DNA of 64,000 bases from Lytechinus pictus (taxonomy: Eukaryota): positions 20,212,001 through 20,276,000 of the forward strand of contig NC_087259.1 of the NCBI RefSeq assembly GCF_037042905.1, in the 5' to 3' direction. A model generated the notes under the pieces. That model had not been told where the DNA came from and did no database searches. It saw only the letters and a list, made by a program, of their open reading frames with translations. Below, one piece after another: positions 24,801 through 37,900 of this stretch. The translations under genes and the position numbers were made by a program. Positions within the stretch are counted from its first letter, which is position 1, and each line of letters begins with the position of its first letter.

Positions 24801-27800
24801 GAATTGATAATAAATAAATAAATAGATAAATAAAGCAAAGTAGGATTGGACTATGTGGCAATTCAACTGATTTTATCCATCTTGGACATTATGCCATGGG
24901 TGGTATTTATAACCATGGTTTATAGTTAATCCTGGTTTAAATTAGACCACAAGTTTATGGAGTGCCAGGTGTCAACCCATTAACCAATTAAATTTTATTC
25001 TTATCCTGATGCAAAAAAAATGCAATGTTAGAAAATTAATAATTCATGAAATGGGAAGAATAGGAATATCAAAAAAGAACTTAAAGGTCAAGTCCACCCC
25101 AGGAAAATGCTGACTTGAATAAATAGAGAAAAATCAAACTAGCATAGTGCTGAAAATTTCATAAAAATCGGATGTAAAATAAGAAAGTTATGACATTTTA
25201 AAGTTTTGCTTATTTTTCACAAAACAGTGATATGCACTACTAGGTGAGTCAGTCGATGATGTCCATCACTCACTATTTCTTTTGTGTTTATTGTTTGCAT
25301 TATACAATATTTCATTTTTTATAGATTTGACAATAAGGACCAACTTGACTGAACCATATAGTATTAAACAATGCTAATTCCACATGTTCAGGGAGGAATT
25401 AATCGTTGTATCACTTGAAAATGAGGAGAAAATTAGAATATTTAATGTAATAAAATACAAAAGAAATAGTGAGTGTATGACGTCTTAGTCTCCTCATTTG
25501 CATACCAGCCAGGATGTGCATATAACTGTTTTGTGAAATTAAGCGAAACTTTGAAATGTCATAACTTTCTTACATCCGATTTTGGATGAAATTTTCAATG
25601 TTATGCTTGTTGGATTTTTATCTTTTTATCCAAATCAATTTTTTGTTGGGGTGGACTTGTCCTTTAATAATTTAATTGCTGTATTATAATTGCCATGGAT
25701 ATGGAACAAGTATTATGAGCCCAGCATTCCATAGAAGTGTTGTTTAACCCTAAAAAGACTGGGGGGGGGGGCTGATTCAGCCCCCCCTCAACAATTTTCG
25801 CGATAAATTCGCCGCGCAAATTTTTTTGACCGCGTCACTCGCTGACTGTTTACTCTCAAGTCTCATGCAACTTTTGAGACCAAAATTGCAACCCTAGGGT
25901 ATGTGGTTCCGAAATTAGGCAACATTTCATAAGTGCATGCAGATCCAAAATTGCTCAAAAATTTGAATTTGTGTACAAATCCAATGCAAATAGTTTTTTT
26001 TGCCAAAATTCATAAATGTACATTATTTTTCATTTTACTGATTAAAATCAATTAATTTCAATTCTGGTCAATATAAGGTCCCGACAATTTCCATTAAAAA
26101 ATAAAAAAAAATAAAAGTAAAAAAAACTTTGTATTCGTGTAATTGCACAAGATTGGGTTTGGTATTACCAGAAAATAAAAATTGTCAATTAGTTCTCAGA
26201 TGACAAGACCTGGTTCTTCGTAACACAAATTTGGGGAAAATCACATTTTTGTTTTCATGACTACAGAATCCAAGTGGTATCCTGTCAAAATTTCAGCTCT
26301 CTGTTTTGTAACGTAAAGCCACTGCACCTAGTGAAAGAGCAAACTCTCTAAAGTATTATAGCACTAAGCAGCCATTTTTTGTCATCTCATTCACCTGTGG
26401 AATGTTTTTCATTCTTTACAAAGTATTTTTTGCTTCAGCAGTAATATCATTTTCTCAGATATTCTCAGTAGATATATTTTATGGAATGACATTTAATGAG
26501 AGCTAATGACAGTTAACTTCAAATATTAGTTAAGTTTGTAGAGTCACACAGTTTTAGAGAATCACACAATGCGTATTTGGTAGTTGTTTTTGTGGTGAGT
26601 GGTCATTGGTCACAAATATGATCTATCTATCTATATATCTTATATTCTTTCAGCTATCAGCTTGCTACTGGTAGCGAAGATAACACAGCTAAGATTTGGG
26701 ACATGAGACAGAGGAAAGTACTTTACACCATTCCAGCTCATCAAAATATCATAACAGGACTCAAATTCCAAGGTAATTTAGGAATCACTTTAAGTGAACT
26801 GAATCTACTAGAAAGCTGTTTTTTTATGTGTGTCTGTAGAATTATTGAATGTGTATACATTTTCATAATTACAATAGATATCCCGATGAAGTGCTGATAT
26901 GGCCAGATGCTGAAGTTATGTAGAAGTTCATGTAGTTTTTGCTGCCACATTTCCATAGTACATGTGAATTCAGCATCAAGAATATATAAAATAGTGGCCT
27001 AAGAAAATTTAGGTACTGTGAGAAACATTTTCTTTTTCCAAATTCAATTCAGACTGGCAGATAACTTTGTATGTTATTTTGAAACTATTTTTCAGGAACT
27101 TCTGGGGATTATCTCATCACCTGTTCATATGATGGCACAGCAAAGGTAAGATTGTACACTGAATCTTGTAATAGATCACTTGTGTATATTGGCACACAAC
27201 TTGATAAATTTTGATCATGTGCTAAAGGTACTTTTATCCATCAATCATCCCCCAAATAAGTTTGCTGTCATTGTCAAAGCTATCTTGTTTGTTTAGTAGA
27301 TTGATGGGAGGCGAAGGGGGCATTTGGTCGGTGTGCCGCATTAGGGGAACAAATGGTATAGACAGACAGAGCATTTTCAGGGTTTTATTTTGGAAGGAAT
27401 GTAATGTTAGTGCTTGCCCCAGCACAATGTTTTCTCAGATAATAACAACAATAGTGATAGCTGGATTTTTAAAGCGCTTTTTGCCAGAGGATACAAACCC
27501 CAACTTATATTACCCGCTGTAGTTTGAGCTACCACTTCATCAGCGGCGCTCGGTGCATTCAAGGAAGCAATCCTGCCGGGTACCCATTTACCTCACCTGG
27601 GTCAAGTGCAGCAGTGTGATCAATTTCTTGCTGAAGGAAATTATGCCATGGCCGAGATTTGAAACCACGTCCCTCTTTTTAAGTCCAGAAACTAATCCAT
27701 TGGACCATAACTCTCTACAGATATGTCACTGAGTTCTAAAGGATATTTCAGGGACAATTTTGATATGCCTCTTGACTTTCTTGGGATGCTTGTACATTCA

Positions 27801-27990
27801 TATTGAAAAACACTTTATTGTTCTCCAACTTCTCCCATATTCACAGGTTTGGGCACATCCAGGATGGTCGCCTCTCAACACTCTGGCAGGGCATGATGGG
27901 AAGGTCATGTCCGTTGACCTGTCACCTAATGAGAAATACATTGCCACATCGTCGTTTGACAGGACATTCAAGTTGTGGGCTCCCGAGTGA
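12839..27990 (+). CDS. PRPF4: U4/U6 small nuclear ribonucleoprotein Prp4 (PRP4/SFM motif + WD40 repeats), 14 coding exons, ~502 aa
   Basis: Exons 12839-12977, 14144-14220, 14435-14507, 15196-15326, 16536-16618, 18331-18424, 18910-19004, 19450-19632, 20152-20241, 20983-21105, 21764-21871, 26654-26772, 27096-27145, 27847-27990. All GT-AG, 1509 nt in frame. Signature peptides: [109 protein letters not shown]. Confidence 0.96.
13095..14057 (+). mobile_element. Helentron-associated non-autonomous element (HINE/DINE-1-like) with internal tandem repeats, PRPF4 intron 1
   Basis: T-run, then subTIR GTCTCACCTGC with adjacent short inverted repeat (GTGAGAC), a (GGC)n tract, several ~120-190 bp units containing AAGGTCAAAGGTCA, 3' subTIR GCAGGTGAGAC and end CTTGTT. 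No TSD. Confidence 0.8.
14736..15110. mobile_element. Kolobok-like MITE, internally deleted copy
   Basis: Termini AGGACAAGTCCACCCC / GGGGTGGACTTGACCT. Same family as 15905-16505 and 25085-25663. Confidence 0.75.
15905..16505. mobile_element. Kolobok-like MITE with long TIRs and TTAA TSD
   Basis: TTAA|AGGTCAAGTCCACCCCA...GGGGTGGACTTGTCCT|TTAA with ~200-bp imperfect inverted arms. Confidence 0.85.
16670..17069. mobile_element. hAT-like MITE with internal TCAGGGAA repeats
   Basis: Termini CAGGGTTCCCAGC / GCTGGGAACCCT and many TCAGGG(G)AA motifs. TSD not clear. Confidence 0.65.
17491..17866. mobile_element. MITE with 16-bp TIR
   Basis: AAGGGGAAGATCGGAC (17491-17506) / GTCCGATCTTCCCCTT (17851-17866). 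Confidence 0.7.
19791..19934. other. Assembly gap (N) within a GAT/GAG microsatellite
   Basis: Run of N flanked by (GAT)n/(GAG)n. Confidence 0.99.
21399..21664. other. Assembly gap (N) following a (GAT)n microsatellite
   Basis: Run of N after (GAT)n. Confidence 0.99.
21948..24522. mobile_element. Non-autonomous hAT-like element (2575 bp), PRPF4 intron 11
   Basis: Perfect 8-bp TSD GTAGAAAT (21940-21947 / 24523-24530). TAG...CTA termini. Subterminal GGATA(C/T)CCG motifs at both ends. Internal ~130-bp tandem array. Confidence 0.8.
23470..24125 (+). repeat. Tandem repeat, ~5 units of ~130 bp, inside the hAT element
   Basis: Recurrent AACAACATGACACA...CAACATT.ATTCGACGTTTT...AAAGTTGC.GTGAGAAAAAGTAGAATTC. 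Confidence 0.85.
25085..25663. mobile_element. Kolobok-like MITE with TTAA TSD
   Basis: TTAA|AGGTCAAGTCCACCCCA...TGGGGTGGACTTGTCCT|TTAA. Confidence 0.85.
25748..26130. mobile_element. piggyBac-like MITE fragment (related copy at ~59386-60020)
   Basis: TTAA|CCCTAAAAA...GGGGGGGGCTGATTCAGCCCCCC. The interior is reverse-complementary to ~59780-60010. Confidence 0.6.
27441..27712 (-). mobile_element. tRNA-derived SINE (family A), diverged
   Basis: Aligns by eye to 12472-12752 (CCTGCCGGGTACCCATT.ACCTCACCTGG, TTTCTTGCTGAAGGAAA). Confidence 0.8.
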
Positions 27991-27994
27991 ATGA

Positions 27995-28000
27995 AATAAA
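27995..28000 (+). promoter_or_regulatory. Candidate proximal polyadenylation signal for PRPF4 (distal candidate at 29235-29240)
   Basis: AATAAA 5 nt after the stop codon, followed by T-rich sequence. Confidence 0.4.
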
Positions 28001-28240
28001 GTGGGATTTTTCTTTTCTTATTTCTACTTTCACACTGGACACTGGAGACAAATTTATATAAAAACATGCTCACAAGGACCCAAAAGGTGAAAAATTTTCC
28101 CTTTCTTCAAATCATGGATATTTGATGTGGTCCTTTTTTGTAACGGAGAGGTTTTGAGACACTTGTCAAATACGATTACTCCTTCGCACTGGAAATTTAC
28201 GTAAATATTAATCGCTCACTACAATTAAGACAAAGACCAG

Positions 28241-28397
28241 GAGCCTGTTTCATAAAGGACTGTTGTAACTTTGCCATTATTGGCAACTACATATACCATG
28301 GTAACAGGGCTCATCAGCCATTCAGAATCAAGGTTACCATGGTAGTTGCCATAATGGCAAAGTTACATCAGTTGTAAGCCCTTTATGAAACGGGCCC
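28241..28397. mobile_element. PIF/Harbinger-like palindromic MITE
   Basis: CAG|GAGCCTGTTTCATAAAG...CTTTATGAAACGGGCCC|CAG: 3-bp TSD and a near-complete hairpin. Confidence 0.8.
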
Positions 28398-29494
28398 CAG
28401 GGCTGAATTATGAAATTGTCTCATCTCCTATTTATGTTTTAATTGCCTTAGCAACTACAAGTAAATTTACAATAATTTGATGGCTGTTGTATTTCAATGT
28501 TGAGTGCAACTTTTATTGGTCAACAAGAAGTATTTATTGCTGGATTTCGGAAGAACATCCTGTTTTACAAGAGGAGACATTCCAAAGATATTACAAAGAT
28601 AGATTTGCAGATTTTTTACCAATTTAATGATCGCATTAAAGATGAATTGTTTTGGAGATGCCCCAGGAAGAATCTCCATGTTATGTCGGCATAGAAGCGT
28701 AAAAATCATAAGCGTCAAGGGGGCAAAAGAAATTAAGCCTACAGTCAATAATGCGCTACATGTTTTTTTTACAGGAGAGGCACTTCTCTATTGGTAGATC
28801 GGTTCATGTAGAATAAGTGTTTGGTGGACAAAATGTTATCTTGCGGAGATCACAGAAAATACAAGACAAGACAATTTGCAGAATACCACCCCAAAAGTCT
28901 GTTTAAATGACGACATCAACGTCAAAGCTAAAATATGCTTGTTTCAGATGTCTGCTGTGGCCAAAATTCAGGCAGTAAGACTTTAAAAAAACTTTGTTGA
29001 AATTCATGTGGACTTCAAAAGTTCCCAAAACAGAATGTTGAATTCCATCCTCATGTAGATCCATGCTTATTATATTCTCTCAAGAATACAATTTCTTGTA
29101 TTCTTATCTTGACCTGTTTTTAGACAAACTCATCTCTCTCAAACCAAGTCAAAACAGGAAGATACAATAATCCTAAGCATTCAGTAAAATGTAAATTTTA
29201 TTCTCTTTTGTACAAAGATGTGATTTTTTTACATAATAAAAGAAAGAGCTAGTGCTTCGTAGAGTACTGGTGAGATTCAAAACCTAGTCTCCTCTGTGTA
29301 TTTGTAATTTACCATCGTGAGAAATACTCCAAACATTAAACTGTGTCGTTGGTGTCAGTGAGGTATTATAAACATGGATGGAATGAAGTAATAAGGTGGA
29401 TGAAATTTACAACTGCAATTAACACAAAGCACAGGGAATCCTGTATAGAGTCTGCCCAATGGAGACAAGAAAAGTGGATTTTATGAACAAGTCA

Positions 29495-30661
29495 AGGGGA
29501 TTTCACAATCGCTTGTGCGATTCTTTGCGATGATTTGATCACAATATTTGTTGCACAGAATCGCAACGGCTGTAAGCAGTCGCAACCAACGTTCTCGCTA
29601 CTACGCCTCACGGTTGGCGGGCGCCGACAACCCTGAAAATTTTCAGGGCAAATCCGCCAACCGTGAACTTCCCCGACAACCGTGGCCGACAACTGTAAAA
29701 CAGGCCTAGATCTACACAAAAACTGAATACTATATTTAAAAAAACAATCTGCTTTTCAGATTCTAAAAATAAACTTGTCGATTATTTCGCCCACGATTTC
29801 TTCCCGGGATTTCTTTGACTCACTCACTACTACGCTATATATGATACGACCTCGACTCGAGGCCCAAATGCAACATGCCAATCTCTTTTGTGGGAAGCGC
29901 GAAGATGTTTACCTCGCATTTGCGTATCGCATTGCTCACATTATTTACGTCTTTAAAATGGTAGTAAACAGGTGAGGGGAGAGGGGTATCGTGGGTTACT
30001 GGGTTGGGCAATGTAATTTAGATGTTACGAATTTCAGTTGATATTGTCACTTATTTTGTCAAAAATAATATCAAAATTCGATCGAAATTTAATTTAATCT
30101 CGTCTAAAGTCGGAACAATCTTTGGATTTTGTAAGGGCGTGACGCGGCGCAAGCTCAAAGGGCTACGCATGCGGTCCGTAGATGCATAGTCTGAGTCGGT
30201 CATTGACATAAGAAACAACACGCATTCACAAAATTAAACGCACTTTCTAAGGATGTAGCGATCTAAACATTGGAAATTATGGAGTTAATTTATCGATGTG
30301 AATAAATCTATAAACTGTAAGTATAAAATGAGATTGACTTCGAATCATTTCCTATTTGACCTTTTTAAGTTATCAGTAATTGCCTTTCTGCTTCAATCGC
30401 AATTCGCGCAACCGTTACGGCTGTGTGGCCGGAGAAGCATTAAATAGACATAAAATGTGGTGCATTTAGCAGTAATCTAAGCTCGTCGATATGGATATTT
30501 TCGATAGCTACCGCGCTTCGCGTGGGAGGGGGGGACACCCCCCTCCCGAACCCTCCCCCCACGCACCGAGGCCGCTGCGCGGCTTGCGTCGCTTCGCGCC
30601 GCCAAGCGTCAGAGTGAACCTGGCGAGAACGTTGGTCGCACCACCAATTGTGAAAGGGGCT
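29495..30661. mobile_element. CpG-rich non-autonomous DNA transposon, Harbinger-like
   Basis: Imperfect termini ...TTTCACAATCG / CAATTGTGAAAGGGGCT. Sharply CpG-rich relative to flanks. TSD imperfect. Confidence 0.5.
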
Positions 30662-32559
30662 TAACACATGTTTCTATAGGAAAAAACTAGTTAACGAAAA
30701 CTAAGCTTTTTGTCTCTATAGACAGGTGGTCCCAAAAAGGTGGTAAAGGTTTAACTTTAATTATCCATATAAGAAACATGGAATAAAAGTAGATATAACA
30801 ACATTTCAACAATTGAAGCTTTCCATCGTTATAAATCTTGAGACTTGTATAACCATCTACATATATAGTAATTATCAATATCACTTCACAATGGGATAAT
30901 GACCCTTTTTTCACTAGCTACAATAAATCTTATTTATAAAAATACATGTATAACACTTTCAAACTGAAATTCACTTATCATTCAATTATGCTCTTCATGA
31001 CTAGGGCAAATCTGGAAAGAACAATAAAATAAATAATTTCACATGCAAAATAAATTCACAAAATAATATGTGAGTTAGACTACTGGGGATGTATTCTGAA
31101 TGTGTTGATAATTCTAATGAATAATGAAATTCCATTTTTTTTATTACCATGTTTATTTACCACTCATTGATCACATGATTGAAAACATACCATCTCTTTG
31201 ATCAAATATCAAAAGATAAATACTTTGGTAACAAATATAAATTAATAAGTAGAAATGCTGGACGAGTGATAAAAGCAATGCACATGCTATTGTTACTTGT
31301 AAAAGCTAGCTGGAAGTAAAATTTGGCGGAAACATTTGTTCAAGTATGTTCTAGGTTTCTATTTATCAAAATATTTGATTAGTTGCTTCTAAAATTAGGT
31401 GCAAAGAGTGAGATAACATAGTGCAGAGATTTTTTTGTTCAGCTAAAACTGATAAGCATTAGTTGCACAACTGCAGAGTGATTATTCAGAATGGTAAATT
31501 TGATCAAACATGCCATTTTGTAATTATTACGCTAGGTCTAGGCAATTTCTTGCACAAAAACATGTGATAATAGCCAGAGTATAAATGTATCAACAAAACA
31601 CAATGTGTAACATCACTTGAGGCTCAAGATGCTATATAAGTACATCTAATTACTCCAGAATATGCCATACATGCATAAAACATGAGCTTCTTGTGAATTT
31701 ATTAGCAAATATTACCAGAAGCAAAACCTCAAACAACTGAGGCTCTACAATTGCATACATTCTTGAAAATTCTTCAAAACATCCCGTTTTATTGGTGTTC
31801 TCCCATCTGCCCGACCTCTTAGAAATCATTAGAAATCAGCAGGAATATACAACGCTTTACATCCTCCATTCGTGCATTAAAGTTATTTTTTCAAAAAGGG
31901 AAATCCTAACCTTTCGTAAATAATGTCAGATGTTATCACAAAAGGTTGGGTTATACTGCATGATGACTCATTTACCTGATCGGTCGAGTGAGCCAAATAT
32001 TAATCATACTGAACCTTTAAAGGCCACTAGATATTTTCGAGTTTTCGGGTAGGATACTTTCTTATTGTTCAACTTTCATGACTAATCTTCAAGAACTAAA
32101 TATTCAAATTTCAGTATTCATAAATTACATATAAATTCCAAACACATTTCAATCAACACACATTAATATTTCAAATTGAAATGAATGAAACCATAAAAGA
32201 TATGAAATAAATTAAAGAATATATACAACCATATCCAAATATTGAAAAAATGTATCAACGTTACCTTGTACATGTATGCATTAAAGAAATACATTGAGGT
32301 GGCTTGAACAGTATCATACTGACTCAAAGCAAATAACTATCAAAGTAATTCAGAATTGGAGAAATAAAAAATGCAGTTAAAACAAGATATGAACACAGAA
32401 TAATCAACTTTAAAGAGTGCTTCCTGACTATTGTAATCAATACAACGAGCAAGTTAATTTTAGGTCCATAAGGAAAACAATACAACCAATCAATCCACAT
32501 TGAATCAAGAACATAATGTGGGTTATTGTTGACAACTTTCATTACCCTTAACAGCTTAG

Positions 32560-32780
32560 GAGCTGCTCTTTCAAACTCTATTCTCCTAATTCTCGTGATC
32601 TTCGTTCAATCACTGACACATGCAGACTTTGCATTTCCTTGTCAAAACTCTACTCTGCCGAAAAACGTTTTGCTGTAGCAGCTGCCAAGACTTGGAATGC
32701 TATCCCTCTTTCAATAAGAAATGCTTCCAGTGTTTTTGGCTTAAAATCTTCCCTTAAGACATACCTTTTTCCTCAATAAT
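32560..32780 (+). mobile_element. L2-clade LINE 3' fragment
   Basis: Encodes RDLRS...RFAVAAAKTWNAIPLSIRNA...KSSLKTYLF, the typical L2 ORF2 C-terminus. Confidence 0.7.
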
Positions 32781-32918
32781 TAATTTCCCTTTTTATCTTG
32801 AATATTGTAGTTGTTAAATTATTATTCATACATTGTACGCGCTATGGTACTTTTTGTTTTTAGCGCCTCTAAATATCCATTATTATTATTATTATGTAAG
32901 TCATTGTGGCAAACACAT

Positions 32919-33219
32919 GGGCCTGTTTTCTGAAGTCGGGTTTAACTTAGACCATGGTCTAACTCTGCTGAAATTATGGGAAGCCAAATGTTTCAAAATT
33001 TTGTTTATAGTGAATGCTTCTCATGCTTACTGTGCTCTTTACTAATTCTTTAATGGTGAAGACAACTGTCCTACTTATCCTTCCCAGGCAGTTAATAATG
33101 TTTTGGGAGTCAAATTAGCTGATACATTGAACCTCTACTGTTAAAGATTTATGTAACAAATGGCTTTTCATAGTTAAACCACAATTTAAAACCAGAGTTT
33201 AAATTAAAGAATAGGGGCC
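32919..33219. mobile_element. MITE (second copy at ~58740-59040)
   Basis: GGCCTGT.T..TGA.GTCG.GTTTAACTTAGACCATGGTCTAACTCTG... is shared with 58740-59040. Confidence 0.7.
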
Positions 33220-33355
33220 ATGGGATCTGAGATCGGCAGTCATATTCGGTCCAAGATTGTTCCCATGTCAGACAGAGGTTTTTGCACAGATGGTGTCCAC
33301 AAACTTCTTTAGAGAATAATGACAATTCATGAACACAGGATTCTCATCAATTAAA

Positions 33356-34344
33356 AACAAGTGGAACGTCTCTGGCAGTCTCGCCTGCATTAAGCAATTC
33401 AATATAGCAGCAGTGCCGGCTTTAATGGTTAACGTTCGTTCATTTACCCTAAATGACCTTATACCTTGATCATGTGACCTGACACTGATGCAAGATAATC
33501 AGCAATACTTGTTTAACCTTTTGTTCAAGTTTCATGAAAAGGCCTTTATACAAGTTATGATGACATTTAAAAAAAATCTTAACCACAGTCCAAGTTCATT
33601 GACCCTAAATGACCTTTGACCTTCATCATGTGATCTGGAAACTCATGCAGGATGATCAGTAATACCTGGTTACCCTTATGTCTAAGTTTCATGAACTAGG
33701 TCCATGTACTTCCTAAGTTATGATGAACATTAATATTTTTTTTAATGAGTATATTCTAAGTTCATTGACCCTAAATGACCTTTGACCTTGATCATTTGAC
33801 CTGGAAACTCATGCAGGACGATCAGTGATACTTGGTTACCCTTCTGTCTAAGTTTCATGAACTAGGTCTATAAACTTCCTAAGTTATGATGAACATTTTA
33901 AAAAAACTTGAGAATATTCTAAGTTCATTGGCCCTAAATGACCTTTGACCTTGATCATGTGACCTGAAAACTCATGCAGGACAATCAGTGATACATGATT
34001 ACCCTTATGTCCACGTTTCATGAACTAGGTCCATATCCTTCTGAAGTTATGATGATATTTCAAAAACTTAACCTTGGTTAAGATTTCAATGCTAATGCCC
34101 CAAACATGGCCAAAGTTCATTGACCCTAAATGACCTTGATCATGAGACATGAAACTCATGCAGGATTATCAGTGATAGTTGGTTACCCTTATGTCCCAGT
34201 TTCATGAACTAGGTCTATATACTTCCTAATTTATGATGACATTTCAAAAACTTAACCTTGGTGAAGATTTCATTGTTGACGCCGCCGCCGCCGTCGGAAA
34301 AGCGGCGCCTATAGTCTCGCTCTGCTATGCAGGCGAGACAAAAA
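33356..34344 (-). mobile_element. Helentron-associated HINE, same family as 13095-14057
   Basis: Reverse complement of the 13095 element, including both subTIRs, the (GCC)n tract and tandem units. Confidence 0.8.
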
Positions 34345-34922
34345 CCTTACTGGTGTTCACTAGTATCAAATTTCCTTAATATTTTCCTATTGCCTTGCCA
34401 TATCTCTAATAGACGACAATGAAATGGGAACCGATGAGTTGCCATGCGGTAATATCATACTTTCATGGAAAGTGAATTATTATTTGACAACCCCAGATTT
34501 CGTTAAAAGTAGTAAGCAATACCAGTAATATACTTTCAACGTTATGGCTCGGCCAATAATGTTGTTCCACTAAACAATCCTTGGCCTGCTATGGGCACTA
34601 TCAGGTGAAGGAATGCAGATAATGGTTTTAGAATACAATGCTTAGCGACGAATGTACACAGCATTACATAACCTCCATTGGTCATATAAGGAGATTCTAC
34701 TCCGGGTGACAGACGACACCTGCTACCTGGTTAACACTCACTATTGATGTCAAATTCCCCATGAAAGATGAGATTTCAGAGCATCTACCAGTAAAAATAC
34801 TCTGGGGATCATCTGGAATGTAACAAGACTACAGAACATACATGTACATTTTCAATTAGATTTGAACAAGGGTATATACCATCTTAAAATGCCGAGAAAC
34901 CCGCTCACATCCCTCAAGCCAC

Positions 34923-37900
34923 TCAGTAAAACTTATCTTCCAGATTGACGAACCTCCGATGATCAACGTGATTGATCTTCTCATATGAGGCGCCCCTCCA
35001 GGGAGCCTTGTCCAACGTTATCTCACCGTTAATGTGAAGCTTGTCTGCGCGGCCATTGAGAGTCCGTCTGTAGAAGAGCGTGTTCTCGTCGTGACCTTTC
35101 GGCATCTTGGTGAAGGAGAGCTTGAGCATGCGTTTCGTCAGGTCCTTGGTGTCGGTGCTCTTTTCGCAGTTTTCGCGGGCGCTCCTTGTACCGATGGCTG
35201 TCTTTGCTCTTGATGGGGCTTGGGCTGTTAAAAAAAAATCAGTGGGTGTTGATCATTAAGGCTAAACCCAAGGAGTTAGGGTGAGCAATAATTCAGTCCG
35301 TCTTTAAAATCATGATGGATAATTATATATCATCACAGATATATAACTAATTTTGAGTTAATGGACAATTACAATATGCATGTACATGTATCATCACAGA
35401 TGTAACACTAATTTTGAGTTAAATTCTAATCTGGACAATTATAATATCCATGTATCATCACAGATCTAAAACTAATGTCGAGTTAAATTCCAATATGGAC
35501 AATTATAATATGCATGGATCATCACAGATCTACAACTAATTTTGAGTTATAAAGTCTTTAGGGATAATTATATTATCACAGATCTAAAACAAATAAGCAA
35601 GGAAAAATGCTGTGAAATAACAGACAAATGACAATTAAGTATGCTGAAATTCTGTGAAATGGGGTACATGAAATAATATAGCTTGGAAAATAAAACAATG
35701 TTTGCAGAGAGAATTCAGTGCTTTTTTTTATAAGCAATTACTCATTGTCTCCCAGAATCATTTAGCACAATATTTATATTCAGACATACAAACGGGATAC
35801 ATTTTGTTGGAGTTAGGGGAAATTAAATTAGTGATCCTAACAACGAATTGGATAATACTTTCAATGTCTACTCATTCATGATATGGTGTAAACACCTATG
35901 AAATCTAGGTCAACACATAACTTGGTACATATACCCTCTCACGTCCCTGCATATACAAAGAAATATCTTGATGCTTACTTTCAGTTTTAGATCGTTGATG
36001 CCTTGCACTCTGTATACTCCTCGGCCTCTGTGTCTGTGGCGGCCATGTTTCTTGCAGCTCTTTCCCACTCTCTTTGATGATGCTGTATATTTTGAGTAAG
36101 TTGTCAAACACTAGAGGGACTATACTGACGCAGCCTCCATAGAGGACACGGGCCTCTGAGCAGCTTAAATGGTTCACCTAGGTATAGATAGAAATGTCAT
36201 ACTTGATTACAGATAAACCATGGCAAAGTACATGTACTTATCCCACTGCTGCCACCAGGTTTATCGCAGGGAACATTGGCCCATATCCACAAAGTGCATG
36301 ATTTTCAGGAATGCAAAAAATTTAGGGAAATTCATTTTAACAATGCAATATTACTCCATTAAAGGCCTACTGAATTATATGCAAACATGAAAAATTGTAT
36401 AAAAGAACATGGTCAGTTGTCCACACAAACCTGCCATTTCTTAAAAACTGTTGATATACTTGTATGACCTTCAAAACACATTTCAAAGTCAGTTGATTGA
36501 CAAGACCAAATCACAGCTCAAAATGTCTCAATCATAGAGGCCTTAAGTAATTAAAAAAAAATACACCTAAACAAGCTTCAATGGTATTACTAGGCAAAAT
36601 CAAACTTTAATTCTTACTTTAGATCATAATAATAATAATAATAATAGAACACAGCATTTATTATGCACCATATATCTAGTAAACTATTCTGAGGCGTATT
36701 GGGGGGAATTACTAATAACAATAATAATAATAATAATAATAATAAAGATTGATTCATTAAGCACATAGTAGAAAGCTCTCTCTCTCTGTTTGCTTGTGAG
36801 GGTGTATGGACAGATCAAATTACCTTAAAAACATTCAACAAAAGTAAGAAAGCAGATAGGATCTTGAATGCCTTTTAAATGCTTTAAGCAATTCTGCTGA
36901 TCGGATCCTCAGTGGAAGAGCATTCCAGAGAGATGGAGATGAATTTGTTCTCTGTGCATTTAGCTGTTTGTAAGTGGAGGAGTGGAGATTTCTTGCGGGA
37001 GTGTATTCTGAGACGAGGTCTTGAAGGTATTTAGGGGACTGACCATGCAATGCTTTCCATGTGTGGAGTAAGATTTTGAATTCTATTCTTTTAGATACCG
37101 GTAACCAGTGAAGACTTTTGAGAATTAGAAAGATATGGGTGAAACAAGATGTTCCATTGAGGACCGGAGCAGCAGATTTTGAGCATATTTGATAATACAT
37201 TTATGAATTGTGAATCACAGATGCTGCATATAATCAACCAACCTCCTGATGAGGGTATCCCGCTCGTAGAGATGAAAATTCATTGCTTGGGTTGAGTAAC
37301 GTCCTGCATCGGGCAATGGCCTGACAGGCTGGACCTTCCTTGATTGCATCAGGATTCACATTGGAGATACGCATGACGATATTTGTCAGCTCTCCTACCA
37401 AGTCTAGCCATTGCTTCATGGCTCGGCGGTCAGTAGCGTTGCGGCTACGCTCAAAAAGTTCTTTGACCTGTTATTGAGATCAAATTTTTTAAATAAAGAA
37501 TATTAAATTCATATGACCAATTTTAATAAGTGAATGTTTAAAATAATAATAGCACTTGTCAGATACCACAAATCAGGAGAATTCCCTTTTAATTGGTCAG
37601 TAAAATGATAATAGCAATTCCTGGTTGCTGGTTACATATGTTTTCCTCATACAGACTGATGTTCCTATTGTTTCCTCTTGAAAGTATAAATATTTCCATT
37701 TCATGATTTATGACAGACATTTCTATATGATTTGTTTTAAAATATATCTATTAGATAAAAGATACATGCTGTAACAGCCTTTGTTCACTCTTAAATTTCT
37801 CAACCAAGTATCTGTCATTTAAATTTGTTAAATGATACACTTTGACCTATTGATTGGGCATGGAAACAGACTTTTCCTTTTTCCAGAGGAACAGATTCTT

